A stretch of DNA of 64,000 bases from Escherichia coli (GTDB lineage Bacteria; Pseudomonadota; Gammaproteobacteria; Enterobacterales; Enterobacteriaceae): assembly GCF_030013595.1 (NCBI RefSeq), contig NZ_CP122768.1, one strand, 5' to 3'. Every line of letters starts with the position of its first letter. Position 1 is the stretch's first letter. The position numbers and the translations under genes are program-made. Below, piece after piece: positions 32,243 to 42,651 of this stretch. Under the pieces are notes generated by a model that saw nothing but the letters and a program-made list of their open reading frames with translations, was not told where the DNA came from and did no database searches.

Positions 32243-34021
32243 ATGGAGCTTGCTACTACGCAGTCAGTATTGATGCAAATTCAACCGACAATTCAGCGTT
32301 TTGCCAGAATGCTTGCCAGCGTTTTGCAGCTTGAGGTTGAGATCGTTGATGAAAACTTGTGTCGCGTCGCCGGAACGGGCGCGTATGGGAAGTTTCTTGG
32401 TCGCCAGTTGAGCGGCAACTCACGCCTGCTCCGCCACGTCCTGGAAACGAAAACTGAAAAAGTTGTGACACAGTCTCGCTTCGATCCCCTTTGCGAAGGT
32501 TGCGATAGTAAAGAAAATTGCCGCGAAAAAGCATTTCTGGGTACGCCTGTCATTTTACAGGATCGTTGTGTTGGGGTGATAAGTTTGATTGCCGTTACCC
32601 ACGAGCAACAAGAGCATATTAGTGATAATTTACGCGAATTTTCTGATTACGTTCGCCATATATCCACCATTTTTGTTTCGAAACTTCTGGAGGATCAGGG
32701 ACCAGGAGATAACATCAGTAAAATATTCGCGACCATGATCGATAATATGGATCAGGGTGTATTAGTTGTTGATGACGATAATCGGATTCAGTTTGTTAAT
32801 CAGACTGCCTTAAAAACACTTGGTGTTGTACAAAATAATATTATTGGGAAACCTATCCGTTTCAGACCATTAACATTTGAGAGTAATTTTACCCATGGAC
32901 ATATGCAGCATATTGTTTCGTGGGACGATAAAAGTGAATTAATCATTGGTCAATTGCATAACATTCAGGGCCGACAATTATTTTTAATGGCGTTTCACCA
33001 ATCGCATACCAGTTTTTCTGTAGCAAATGCACCTGATGAACCGCATATTGAACAATTGGTTGGCGAGTGCCGTGTTATGCGGCAATTAAAACGACTCATT
33101 AGCCGTATTGCACCCAGCCCATCCAGCGTTATGGTGGTTGGTGAAAGCGGCACGGGTAAAGAAGTTGTCGCCCGTGCAATCCATAAGTTGAGCGGAAGAC
33201 GGAATAAACCCTTTATTGCTATCAACTGTGCCGCGATTCCGGAGCAGCTTCTGGAGAGCGAACTGTTCGGTTATGTTAAAGGCGCATTTACTGGCGCTTC
33301 TGCCAACGGTAAAACAGGGTTGATTCAGGCGGCGAATACGGGCACGCTGTTTCTCGATGAAATAGGTGATATGCCATTAATGTTGCAGGCTAAATTACTG
33401 CGCGCTATTGAGGCGCGTGAAATTCTGCCGATTGGTGCCAGTAGCCCAATACAAGTCGACATTCGCATCATTTCTGCAACTAACCAGAATTTGGCCCAGT
33501 TCATTGCCGAAGGTAAATTCCGCGAAGATCTCTTCTACCGACTTAATGTTATCCCGATAACTCTGCCACCGCTGCGTGAACGTCAGGAAGATATTGAACT
33601 ACTGGTGCATTACTTTTTACATCTGCATACCCGTCGTCTGGGATCGGTTTATCCGGGCATTGCTCCCGATGTCGTCGAAATATTGCGTAAGCATCGTTGG
33701 CCCGGAAACCTGCGCGAGTTAAGCAATTTGATGGAATATCTGGTTAACGTGGTTCCTTCAGGTGAAGTTATCGACAGCACGCTATTGCCGCCAAATCTGC
33801 TGAATAATGGCACAACGGAGCAAAGTGATGTAACAGAGGTCAACGAGGCGCACCTGGCACTCGATGATGCGGGCGGCACGGCGCTGGAGGAGATGGAAAA
33901 GCAAATGATCCGCGAGGCGCTTTCACGTCATAACAGCAAGAAGCAAGTTGCTGATGAACTGGGCATCGGCATTGCTACGCTCTATCGCAAGATTAAGAAA
34001 TATGAGTTGTTAAACACATAA
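32243..34021 (+). CDS. ygeV: Sigma-54-dependent transcriptional activator (bacterial enhancer-binding protein)
   Basis: 592-aa ORF with Walker A VVGESGTGKE, the GAFTGA motif and a C-terminal HTH (ADELGIGIATLYRKIKK). Confidence 0.92.
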   Translation: MELATTQSVLMQIQPTIQRFARMLASVLQLEVEIVDENLCRVAGTGAYGKFLGRQLSGNSRLLRHVLETKTEKVVTQSRFDPLCEGCDSKENCREKAFLGTPVILQDRCVGVISLIAVTHEQQEHISDNLREFSDYVRHISTIFVSKLLEDQGPGDNISKIFATMIDNMDQGVLVVDDDNRIQFVNQTALKTLGVVQNNIIGKPIRFRPLTFESNFTHGHMQHIVSWDDKSELIIGQLHNIQGRQLFLMAFHQSHTSFSVANAPDEPHIEQLVGECRVMRQLKRLISRIAPSPSSVMVVGESGTGKEVVARAIHKLSGRRNKPFIAINCAAIPEQLLESELFGYVKGAFTGASANGKTGLIQAANTGTLFLDEIGDMPLMLQAKLLRAIEAREILPIGASSPIQVDIRIISATNQNLAQFIAEGKFREDLFYRLNVIPITLPPLRERQEDIELLVHYFLHLHTRRLGSVYPGIAPDVVEILRKHRWPGNLRELSNLMEYLVNVVPSGEVIDSTLLPPNLLNNGTTEQSDVTEVNEAHLALDDAGGTALEEMEKQMIREALSRHNSKKQVADELGIGIATLYRKIKKYELLNT

Positions 34022-34030
34022 CCTCAGTGA

Positions 34031-34054
34031 ATCCGGCCTGAATTCAGGCCGGAT
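34031..34054. terminator. Perfect 24-bp palindrome, bidirectional terminator between ygeV and xdhC
   Basis: ATCCGGCCTGAATTCAGGCCGGAT followed by a T-rich run. Confidence 0.7.
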
Positions 34055-34060
34055 ATCCTT

Positions 34061-34540
34061 TTACTTCGTTTTCTCGCAATCCAGAACTGTATTTACAATC
34101 ATCTGATACCCCGTGCAGCGACAAAGATTTCCCGCCAGTCCGCGACGAATTTCCGTAATGGTTAATGGCTTCTCGCGTGGTTTCGCCAGCATTGCTGTGG
34201 TAGCCATAATCAGGCCAGGCGTACAAAACCCGCACTGCACCGCGCCGGATTTCGCATAAGCCTGCTGAATATGAGAAAGTTTTCCGCCTTTCGCTTCACC
34301 TTCCAGCGTGCGGATCTCTTTTCCTTCAGCCCAGGCGGCAAGGTATAAGCAACTGTCTATTGCTGTGCCGTCGACCAGCACCGTACAGGCACCACATTCA
34401 CCCACGCAGCACCCTTGTTTGACACTTAGCAGTCCTTGTTCGCGGAGTAATTCCGAGAGCGGCGTGCCTGGTGCGGCGTGAAGCTGAAAAGGGATCCCGT
34501 TAATGGCGCATTCGATGGTAATTGTTTCGCTGTGATTCAT
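34061..34540 (-). CDS. xdhC: Xanthine dehydrogenase 2Fe-2S subunit
   Basis: 159-aa ORF with 2Fe-2S Cys motifs ([17 protein letters not shown]). Confidence 0.92.
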   Translation of the reverse strand: MNHSETITIECAINGIPFQLHAAPGTPLSELLREQGLLSVKQGCCVGECGACTVLVDGTAIDSCLYLAAWAEGKEIRTLEGEAKGGKLSHIQQAYAKSGAVQCGFCTPGLIMATTAMLAKPREKPLTITEIRRGLAGNLCRCTGYQMIVNTVLDCEKTK

Positions 34541-35415
34541 TGCAATTTTCCCCCCGCCGCGGCGACGGCTTCGCTAATCACTTTTTTGGTCATCGTCTGG
34601 ATGAGATGCAGACGAAACTCTTTACTGGCCCGCCATGAAGAACGCGGGGCGACATCTTGCAGAACAGATTCGCTGATAGCTTCCAGCGTTTGCAGGTTTA
34701 ATGGCGCATTTTGTGCAGTCTGTTCGGCATGTTGGCAGCGAATCGGCGTTGGCGCGGCAACACCAAATGCCAGACGTAATTCGCTGAAATTGCCGTTATC
34801 CAGTCGGCAATGTGCGGCGCAGCCAATCGTTGAAATATCCATTGCGTCGCGCATGGCATATTTAAAATGCGCGCTGCCCGCGTGTTCTTTCGGCTGGGGC
34901 GGAAAATGAAAGGCGACAAGGATTTCGTCATGCTCAAGAGACACTTTGCCCGGCCCAGTGTGAAAGCCATTAATCGGGACGAAACGAACACCGCGCGGGG
35001 AGTGAATCTCCAGTTTCGCGTCATAAATTAGCGTTGGCGTGGCAGAATCTGCGCTGGTAGCACCGTTGCAAATATTTCCACCGTAGGTAGCGACGTTACG
35101 GATCTGCGGTCCGGCAATGGATGAGGCCGCAGCACATAACGCTGGGAGATGACGTTGAGTTACAGGATCTTCAATGAGCTGGGTAAATGTCGTTGCAGAG
35201 CCGATACGTAGTGAGCCATCTTCCGCCAGCGTAATTCCCCGCAGCTCCGCCAGATTATGAATATCAACAATATGGCGATAACGGTTATTGTGATGGTGGA
35301 GCTGAATCAGTACGTCAGTGCCACCGGCGAGCAGTTTGGCCTGCGGGTTGTCAGCCAGCAGGTTGATGGCATCAGCAAGGGTTGCTGCGCGATGGTAAGA
35401 AGCAAAATCAAACAT
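34537..35415 (-). CDS. xdhB: Xanthine dehydrogenase FAD-binding subunit
   Basis: 292-aa ORF; stop overlaps the xdhC start. Confidence 0.92.
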   Translation of the reverse strand: MFDFASYHRAATLADAINLLADNPQAKLLAGGTDVLIQLHHHNNRYRHIVDIHNLAELRGITLAEDGSLRIGSATTFTQLIEDPVTQRHLPALCAAASSIAGPQIRNVATYGGNICNGATSADSATPTLIYDAKLEIHSPRGVRFVPINGFHTGPGKVSLEHDEILVAFHFPPQPKEHAGSAHFKYAMRDAMDISTIGCAAHCRLDNGNFSELRLAFGVAAPTPIRCQHAEQTAQNAPLNLQTLEAISESVLQDVAPRSSWRASKEFRLHLIQTMTKKVISEAVAAAGGKLQ

Positions 35416-35425
35416 GATGTTATCC

Positions 35426-37684
35426 TCAAATCAATCCTGCCAGATGGAACTCTTCATATAACCGTTTTGGCGTCAGCGGCAGTGTATTGATTGCAACACC
35501 GGTAGCCATCTTCACCGCGTTACGAATAGCAGCGGCAACAGGAATTATGGGTGGCTCACCCAGTGACTTATGTCCGTATGCGGATTGCGGCTCATTGATT
35601 TCGACGAACGCGCTTTCCAGTTGTGGCAGATCCGGCATGGTCGGCATTTTGTAATCCAGCAGGTTGGGGTTACGGACCACGCCGCTTTTCGCATCAATGA
35701 TCATCTCTTCAAATAGCGCCCAGCCAATGCCCATTCCCATTCCGCCGTGTACCTGACCTTCTGCCAGTAGCGGATTAAGAATATGGCCCGAATCATGAAC
35801 GTTGAGGATGCGGTTGATGGTGATTTTGCACAGCGCAATATCGATCGTCAGATCAACAAAGGTACAGCCAAATGCCGGTGGGTTAGTGGTGGTTTTGATG
35901 GAGCTTTCAGCAGAGAGCTGCCCGCCGCGTTCAGGGTGGTAGAAAGCGTCCATCGCCAAATCTTTTAACGACATTAACGGCTCTTCCGGTCGTTCAATCA
36001 GCACGATATGGCCTTTTATCAGGGTCAGATTCATCGCTGACTGATGTAGCATGACAGCGGCGTGAGCGATGATTTTCTCTTTTAATAACAGTGCAGCACT
36101 GCGCAGCGCAGGCGCGGCAACATAGCTCTGGCGTGAGGCAAATGCGCCGGGATCGAACGGCGTAACGTCGGTATCTTGTGTTGAAATAACGCGAATGTCG
36201 CTGATCGGAACCCCCACGGTTTCTGCCACCATTTGCGAGAAGACAGTGTCGGCACCCTGACCGATTTCTGTCGCGCCGCTTTGCACGTTGATGGTTCCAT
36301 CCTGATTCATCAACAGGCGCGCGCCTGCTATTTCTACGCCGACAGGCCAGGTGTTAGAGGTGTAGCTAAAACAGGCGACGCCAACGCCGCGGCGTAAATT
36401 GCCTTGCTGGTTCTGGCACTCTGCACGGCGTTTTTCCCATTCAAAGATTTTCCGGCCTTTTTCAAGACACTCCGGCAACCCTGCGCTGTAAATACGTTTG
36501 CCTGTGAGCGGATTAGCATCTCCTTCGTGGGCGGCGTTGCGTAAACGAATTTCAACAGGATCAATACCTAACGCTGTCGCGGCGTCATCAAGCATAGACT
36601 CAACGGCAAATACGACTTGTGGCGCGCCATAACCACGCATCGCACCAGCCGAGGGGAGGTTGGTATAGCAGGTCTTTGAACTGTAAGCGTAGGCACAACG
36701 AGGATAAAGGTAAGCGACTTTATTTCCGCCCGCAGAAGCGATGGAGTGCCCGTGAGATGCATAAGCGCCGGTGTTAGACAGAACATCCAGACTATAACCT
36801 TTCAATGTTCCGTCGCGGTTCACGCCCATTTGCCCGTCAATAGTAAAAGCGTGGCGGGTACGGGTTGCGAGGAAACACTCTTCACGGCTAAGGGAAACTT
36901 TCACCGGAATGCCGCCAAGCTTGCTGGTCAGGAATGCCGCCATTGGCTCTTCCAGCACATCCTGTTTATTACCAAAACCGCCACCGACAAACGGTTTGAT
37001 AACTCGTACGCATGACCAGGGAATATCCAGCGCCTGACCAACTACGCGGCGAACAATGTGCGGGATCTGGGTGCTGGAAACGATGGTAATTCGAGAGTCA
37101 TCCTCCATCCATGCCAGCGATGTCACGCTTTCCATATGACAATGTTGAATAACGGGAGTCTGATAGTGCCCCTGCACCTGGTAATCGGCGGCATCGATTG
37201 TTTGTTGGACATTACCCGTCGACATCGAGCTTTGTTTTAGTAAATTGCCGCCGTTATGGATTGGTGCAGCGTCATCTGCCAGCGCCGCTTCTGGCGTGGT
37301 GATAACGGGTAATTCTTGCCACTCAATGCTGACCAATTGCGCCGCTTTTTCTGCCGTGAGTTCATCACGGGCCACGACGATGGCAACGGCGTCACCATGA
37401 TGACGAACATGGCGAGTTAGCAGTGCGCGATCGGCGGTATCGCGCTTGTTTTCATCAAGTGTCCAGGCGTGCCCAGCGGTAGCGAATGGGATATCAGGTA
37501 CATCTTCCCAGGTAAAAATCGCCAGTACGCCTGGTAAACTTCTGGCTTGTTCATCATTAATACTTACGGCATAACCATGTGCGATAGGGCTACGTACATA
37601 TTTCGCGTAACACATGCCCGCCATAACATAATCGTCAGTATATCGTGCCCGCCCGGTGACCTTAGCAATGGCATCTACGCGCAT
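35426..37684 (-). CDS. xdhA: Xanthine dehydrogenase molybdopterin-binding subunit
   Basis: Start placed at MRVDAIAKVTGRARYTDDY (ATG 37684-37682); 752 aa. Confidence 0.92.
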   Translation of the reverse strand: MRVDAIAKVTGRARYTDDYVMAGMCYAKYVRSPIAHGYAVSINDEQARSLPGVLAIFTWEDVPDIPFATAGHAWTLDENKRDTADRALLTRHVRHHGDAVAIVVARDELTAEKAAQLVSIEWQELPVITTPEAALADDAAPIHNGGNLLKQSSMSTGNVQQTIDAADYQVQGHYQTPVIQHCHMESVTSLAWMEDDSRITIVSSTQIPHIVRRVVGQALDIPWSCVRVIKPFVGGGFGNKQDVLEEPMAAFLTSKLGGIPVKVSLSREECFLATRTRHAFTIDGQMGVNRDGTLKGYSLDVLSNTGAYASHGHSIASAGGNKVAYLYPRCAYAYSSKTCYTNLPSAGAMRGYGAPQVVFAVESMLDDAATALGIDPVEIRLRNAAHEGDANPLTGKRIYSAGLPECLEKGRKIFEWEKRRAECQNQQGNLRRGVGVACFSYTSNTWPVGVEIAGARLLMNQDGTINVQSGATEIGQGADTVFSQMVAETVGVPISDIRVISTQDTDVTPFDPGAFASRQSYVAAPALRSAALLLKEKIIAHAAVMLHQSAMNLTLIKGHIVLIERPEEPLMSLKDLAMDAFYHPERGGQLSAESSIKTTTNPPAFGCTFVDLTIDIALCKITINRILNVHDSGHILNPLLAEGQVHGGMGMGIGWALFEEMIIDAKSGVVRNPNLLDYKMPTMPDLPQLESAFVEINEPQSAYGHKSLGEPPIIPVAAAIRNAVKMATGVAINTLPLTPKRLYEEFHLAGLI

Positions 37685-38138
37685 GCATGATTCACCTGTA
37701 GCGGTTGCTTCCCGCGCTTCCATAGAAATCCCCTCGATTTGAACATTTGGTTCTTATGGCAAAGATTTAGTCTAAGCAGGCAAGATTTACGCCAGAAACG
37801 ACGATAAGCGTTAAGGGAGGAAGGAAGTGTGATGATGTTAAAAAAACACAGATATGATACGAAACAGGACCCTGAATAGGGGCAGTGATACGTATCAATA
37901 TGAGTGGCGATAAAATCAATGTGATAAATTGGGATTATTACGCATCAGGATGGGAAATAGGGTAAATGAGTCAGGAAATTCGATACATCTACAGTGAATA
38001 TTTTGCTGATGATACTTCCCTTTGCCAAATGAAATTAACCTCTTTCTCTATTACCGCGTTTTTCCAGAAGCAAGAGATTGGGTATCAAGAGGCTGGCTGC
38101 TATGATATGGCGTCTTGTTTTTTAAGCGAGGAAAGATT

Positions 38139-38891
38139 TTGAGTGCGGGACGCCTGAATAAAAAATCTCTGGGTATCGTGATGTTGTTATCGGTTGGACT
38201 GCTTTTGGCGGGCTGCTCGGGTAGCAAATCATCCGATACAGGAACGTATTCCGGCTCCGTTTACACCGTGAAACGGGGGGATACGCTATATCGTATTTCG
38301 CGCACCACGGGAACCAGCGTAAAAGAGCTGGCGCGACTGAACGGCATTTCCCCCCCTTACACCATTGAAGTTGGTCAGAAACTAAAACTGGGTGGGGCGA
38401 AAAGTAGCAGTACACGTAAATCAACCGCCAAATCAACGACCAAAACCGCATCGGTTACACCGTCATCAGCAGTACCGAAATCTTCCTGGCCGCCAGTAGG
38501 GCAACGTTGTTGGTTATGGCCAACGACAGGGAAAGTTATCATGCCGTATTCGACAGCTGATGGCGGCAATAAAGGGATTGATATCTCAGCTCCACGGGGG
38601 ACTCCTATTTACGCCGCGGGTGCAGGAAAGGTGGTGTATGTGGGCAACCAGCTGCGTGGCTACGGTAATCTCATCATGATTAAACACAGTGAAGATTACA
38701 TTACGGCTTACGCCCATAATGACACGATGCTGGTAAATAATGGGCAAAGCGTGAAGGTTGGGCAAAAAATCGCCACTATGGGGAGCACTGATGCGGCATC
38801 TGTTCGCCTGCATTTCCAGATTCGTTACCGTGCTACGGCAATTGATCCGCTGCGTTACTTGCCGCCTCAGGGCAGCAAGCCAAAATGCTGA
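38139..38891 (+). CDS. ygeR: LysM / M23-peptidase (LytM-domain) lipoprotein YgeR
   Basis: Signal peptide with lipobox LLAGC; LysM motif (YTVKRGDTLYRISRTTG); TTG start behind AGGAAA (alternative ATG at 38115). Confidence 0.85.
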   Translation: MSAGRLNKKSLGIVMLLSVGLLLAGCSGSKSSDTGTYSGSVYTVKRGDTLYRISRTTGTSVKELARLNGISPPYTIEVGQKLKLGGAKSSSTRKSTAKSTTKTASVTPSSAVPKSSWPPVGQRCWLWPTTGKVIMPYSTADGGNKGIDISAPRGTPIYAAGAGKVVYVGNQLRGYGNLIMIKHSEDYITAYAHNDTMLVNNGQSVKVGQKIATMGSTDAASVRLHFQIRYRATAIDPLRYLPPQGSKPKC

Positions 38892-38969
38892 TGGCGAATT
38901 AATCAGCAGTCAGCAGCGCGGCACTTGCTAAGGAGAGCGTAAGGTTTATAATGCCTTACGCATCTCGAA

Positions 38970-39043
38970 GCGGGCGTAGTTCAATGGTAGAACGAGAGCT
39001 TCCCAAGCTCTATACGAGGGTTCGATTCCCTTCGCCCGCTCCA
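38970..39043 (+). tRNA. glyU: tRNA-Gly, anticodon CCC
   Basis: 74 nt GCGGGCGTAGTTCAATGGTAGAACGAGAGCTTCCCAAGCTCTATACGAGGGTTCGATTCCCTTCGCCCGCTCCA; cloverleaf, T-loop GGTTCGATTCC, encoded CCA. Confidence 0.95.
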
Positions 39044-39044
39044 A
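39026..39044. repeat. attL: 19-bp direct repeat (tRNA-Gly 3' end) at the left island junction
   Basis: TTCCCTTCGCCCGCTCCAA is identical to 53083-53101. Confidence 0.85.
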
Positions 39045-39207
39045 ACAAACATTTCTCAACGTCTACTAAAGTCCATCAAACCCACGAATATCAAGCCTTC
39101 CAGCCATTTTCATAGTTTATTAACGTCTACTCACAACCACCAGAATCTACACACAGAAGTGTATAGTAATGCGTATAGGACAAAATTTATTTTTTGGAGC
39201 TATACAC

Positions 39208-40422
39208 ATGCTGCTTTCAGACCTTGCCATCAGGCGCGCGAAGCCGAAAGAAAAGGCTTATACACTCAATGACGGTAACGGGCTTTCGTTGCTCATTGAG
39301 CCGAACGGTTCGAAAGGGTGGCGACTGCGCTACAGGTTTGCAGGAAAGCCCAAAATGTTGTCGTTGGGTGTGTACCCTGATGTGTCTCTGTCTGATGCCA
39401 GGGCGGCAAGGGATGAGGCTAAAAGGCTTCTTGCTGGTGGTATAAATCCAAGTGAGGCCAGAAAAGCCCAAAAGCGAGAACAGGCGAGCAAATTTGGCAA
39501 TACTTTTGAGGGTATTGCTCGCGAATGGTACGAAAAGCGGATCGACAGGTGGTCATCGTCATACGCCGAGGAAATGATCGAGACGTTTGAAAAAGATGTT
39601 TTTCCGTACATTGGCGGTAGGCCGATCGCAGAAATTAAGCCGATGGAATTGCTGGCGGTTCTTTCCCGTCTTAATGACCGTGGTGCGACTGAAAAATTGC
39701 GTAAGGTTCGCCAGCGATGCGGCGAGGTGTTCCGGTACGCAATCATCACCGGACGCGCCGAATATAATCCAGCCCCTGACCTGGTGAGCGCATTTGCTCC
39801 ACATAAAAAAGAGCATTACGCCTATTTGAAGGCCGACGAACTGCCGGAATTTTTCCGCGTTTTTAATACGTACACCGGAAGCCAGATCGTCAAACTGGCA
39901 ATGCGGCTATTAATTCTGACAGGTGTCAGACCCGGGGAATTACGGCAGGCAGAATGGCAGGAGATCGATTTTGATAATCGTTTGTGGGAAGTGCCTAAAG
40001 AACGAATGAAGATGCGCCGTCCGCATTGTGTGCCATTACCAGAACAGGCGATAAAAATACTGGAGCAGTTAAAAAACATGACAGGCCAGTATCAGTTTAT
40101 TTTCCCCGGTCGTATTCACCACAGTAAGCCAATGAGTGAAATGGCGATGAATGTGCTCATTCGTCGTATCGGCTATGCCGGGCGCGTTACTGGTCATGGA
40201 TTCCGGCACACCATGAGCACCATTTTGCATGAGCAGGGCTATAACACCGCGTGGATAGAGACGCAGCTCGCACACGTCGATAAAAACTCAATTCGTGGCA
40301 CATACAACCATGCGCAATATCTGGATGGTCGCCGGGAGATGCTCCAGTGGTATGCCGACTATATGGATTCGCTCGAGCATGGCGGTAACGTGGTGCATGG
40401 CAAGTTCGGAAAATGTGGATGA
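39208..40422 (+). CDS. int: Tyrosine recombinase, P4-type integrase
   Basis: N-terminus MLLSDLAIRRAKPKEKAYTLNDGNGLSL...WRLRYRFAGKPK and catalytic-region residues (HGFRHT, LAH...RGTY); start after GGAGC. Confidence 0.9.
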   Translation: MLLSDLAIRRAKPKEKAYTLNDGNGLSLLIEPNGSKGWRLRYRFAGKPKMLSLGVYPDVSLSDARAARDEAKRLLAGGINPSEARKAQKREQASKFGNTFEGIAREWYEKRIDRWSSSYAEEMIETFEKDVFPYIGGRPIAEIKPMELLAVLSRLNDRGATEKLRKVRQRCGEVFRYAIITGRAEYNPAPDLVSAFAPHKKEHYAYLKADELPEFFRVFNTYTGSQIVKLAMRLLILTGVRPGELRQAEWQEIDFDNRLWEVPKERMKMRRPHCVPLPEQAIKILEQLKNMTGQYQFIFPGRIHHSKPMSEMAMNVLIRRIGYAGRVTGHGFRHTMSTILHEQGYNTAWIETQLAHVDKNSIRGTYNHAQYLDGRREMLQWYADYMDSLEHGGNVVHGKFGKCG

Positions 40423-40550
40423 CTGGTTGCGTATACAGTAGTAGACTTTGAGCGACGAAAGAAAAGGCTGTGTCTAGGGTCGCTCCCGAAAATCCGTACA
40501 CCTCGACGGACTGGTACAGCCACTACAGTAGAGGACGCTGAGGTGTGCGT

Positions 40551-41348
40551 ATGATTGATATTCATGCCGAATTAAACGAATACAAAAAAGATTTTATTTC
40601 TTTACGTGAATTTCTTGAGGTCGTGCTTAAGGTCGCTGGTGATGATTATGATGTTTCAGATGTCATAACTTGGATACTCAGGAGAATAAGCGGAGAACAT
40701 ATCCGCCTGTACACAGTAAATGAATTTAAGCTGTTGGAATCTTTTTGTAACCCGTATCGGGATGAATTTGATTATGATGTTCTTTATAGAAATCTGAATG
40801 CGGTTCGGAAACGTGGTTGTTTACCTGGTGAGAGGGATGAAAATGGTTTTCTGGTGTCCGGTTATTGGGAAGATCCCGAATTTGAGAACATTGGATTTAT
40901 AAGGGGTGAAATTTTCGCAATTTTTCCCGATGTCCTTGACGCGTTAACGAAGCTGGAAGGCGCTAACTCTTCTGAAAATGACGAGGCACAAGGACGCGAT
41001 ATTGAAAAGAAAGAGTTGCGTACAGAGGATGATTTATTATCCCAAATCGCAATGCTGGAAAAAGAAAACGCAGAGTTAAGGGCAAGGATAGAGCAGTTAG
41101 AGCAAGAGCGCCCGATACACTTATATAAATACTGGGATAAAGACCCATTAGCTAAGGCTATTGAGATTAGAAACAGAGAGTGGGCCAATTACGATCCAGA
41201 AAATGATTTTGCCACCAGGGGAAATCAAGAAGCGATAACCAGGGAGCTTAAGCAGTGGGGGGCAAGTAATGCACTTGCAACGCTCATAGAGAGGACTGCC
41301 TGCCCTATTAACCGAGACAACAGCCAAAAGAACGCAAAGCCGGATTAA
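40551..41348 (+). CDS. Hypothetical protein, AT-rich orphan cargo gene next to the integrase
   Basis: 265-aa ORF behind a GAGG Shine-Dalgarno; central coiled-coil stretch (LSQIAMLEKENAELRARIEQLEQER); visibly lower GC than int; no motif I recognise. Confidence 0.6.
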   Translation: MIDIHAELNEYKKDFISLREFLEVVLKVAGDDYDVSDVITWILRRISGEHIRLYTVNEFKLLESFCNPYRDEFDYDVLYRNLNAVRKRGCLPGERDENGFLVSGYWEDPEFENIGFIRGEIFAIFPDVLDALTKLEGANSSENDEAQGRDIEKKELRTEDDLLSQIAMLEKENAELRARIEQLEQERPIHLYKYWDKDPLAKAIEIRNREWANYDPENDFATRGNQEAITRELKQWGASNALATLIERTACPINRDNSQKNAKPD

Positions 41349-41363
41349 CGCACCATACCGCAT

Positions 41364-41507
41364 ACCCTGAGGGTGATTTACTGTTACCCTGAGGGTATTT
41401 TTTTATCTTCCCCGTCAATTTTACCATCACCCTTAGGGTAGATTTCCTCCCGATTACCATCACCCTTAGGGTTAATTTCCTTCCGGTAACCATTAGGCCT
41501 GAGGGTA
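41364..41507. repeat. Five copies of the palindromic motif CCCT(G/T)AGGGT, including a ~33-bp tandem direct repeat; putative operator upstream of alpA
   Basis: Copies at about 41364, 41386, 41428, 41461 and 41494; unit TTACCATCACCCTTAGGGT(A/T)(G/A)ATTTCCT occurs twice. Confidence 0.6.
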
Positions 41508-41575
41508 TGAAAATATTCGTTATTTCTGTGCCAGGATTACCTCGTCAAATTGAGTAGACGTTATGAGGTAAATAT

Positions 41576-41773
41576 ATGTCAAATACGCTTATTCGTTTAA
41601 CAGAAGTTCAGCGTAGAACTGGATATAGCAAGGCATGGATTTATCGCCTTATGGGGCAAGGTAAATTTCCTGCATCAGTTAAAATTGGCTCGCGAGCTAT
41701 TGCTTTCGTTGAGAGTGAAATTGACGAGTGGATTAATCAGCGTATTGCGGAATCACGCGGAACAGCTACCTGA
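41576..41773 (+). CDS. alpA: AlpA-family phage transcriptional regulator / excisionase-like
   Basis: 65 aa, MSNTLIRLTEVQRRTGYSKAWIYRLMGQGKFPASVKIGSRAIAFVESEIDEWI, the canonical AlpA HTH. Confidence 0.8.
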   Translation: MSNTLIRLTEVQRRTGYSKAWIYRLMGQGKFPASVKIGSRAIAFVESEIDEWINQRIAESRGTAT

Positions 41774-41850
41774 TTAAATGGCTACGGGGCTATTGCCCCC
41801 AGCTATCCACCAGCAAATAAAAGTAACTTAATTCGATAGCAGGAGTTTTT

Positions 41851-42651
41851 ATGAAATTTCCAAAAACGCCCGTACAGGGGCGGGGCTTCGTTCGGCCTGA
41901 AAACCAGAATCTGCAAAATTTCGGCGAAATTATCCCGGTTATTTCCGGCGTTATTGGCGGGAGTGAAACCACTATTGTTAGCGCCAGAGCGTTACATAAG
42001 GCGTTAGGTGTAGGGCGCGTTTTCCGTTCGTGGATCAAGGGGCGCATTGAAGAATACGGGTTCACGGAAGGCGTGGATTATGAGGTTGTTGAATATTTGA
42101 GCCGACCCGATCCGGTGAGCGCAAAATCTCGCCAGCAAACCGCTCTTGAGTACATCATCACAGTGAACATGGCGAAAGAACTGGCGATGGTCGAGCGCAC
42201 CGAACAGGGCCGCGCCGTTCGTCAGTACTTCATCAAATGCGAGGAGGAGCTACACAAGGTTGCGCCTGTTCGTTCCGCAGCGTTACGCCGGGAACTGAAA
42301 GCCCGTATCACCGTTGCCAGTTACTTTAAGCCGATGTGCGCCGCGCTGGAGGCGTACCGGGCTGAACTGGGTAAAAACACGTTCCAGCACCACTACACCA
42401 CGGAAGCCAATATGCTGGCGCGTATCGTGCTGGGTGGCATGACTGCAAAACAGTGGGCGCAGGCGAACGGCATCACAGGCGAACCACGCGACCACATGAG
42501 CACGTTGCAGCTTGAGCACCTTTCTTACCTTGAGCAGAGCAATATCACGCTGATTGAGTTAGGCCAGGACTACCACCAGCGGAAAGCTGAATTAATTCGT
42601 CTTTCGCAGCGTTGGTTAGCCCGTCGCATGGAGGAAAACAGCCATGTGTAA
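41851..42651 (+). CDS. Phage antirepressor-like protein (AntA N-terminal / KilAC-like C-terminal)
   Basis: ARALHKALGVGRVFRSWIKGRIEEYGFTEGVDY and MAKELAMVERTEQGRAVRQYFIKCEE resemble Ant-type antirepressor domains; AGGAG Shine-Dalgarno. Confidence 0.65.
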   Translation: MKFPKTPVQGRGFVRPENQNLQNFGEIIPVISGVIGGSETTIVSARALHKALGVGRVFRSWIKGRIEEYGFTEGVDYEVVEYLSRPDPVSAKSRQQTALEYIITVNMAKELAMVERTEQGRAVRQYFIKCEEELHKVAPVRSAALRRELKARITVASYFKPMCAALEAYRAELGKNTFQHHYTTEANMLARIVLGGMTAKQWAQANGITGEPRDHMSTLQLEHLSYLEQSNITLIELGQDYHQRKAELIRLSQRWLARRMEENSHV

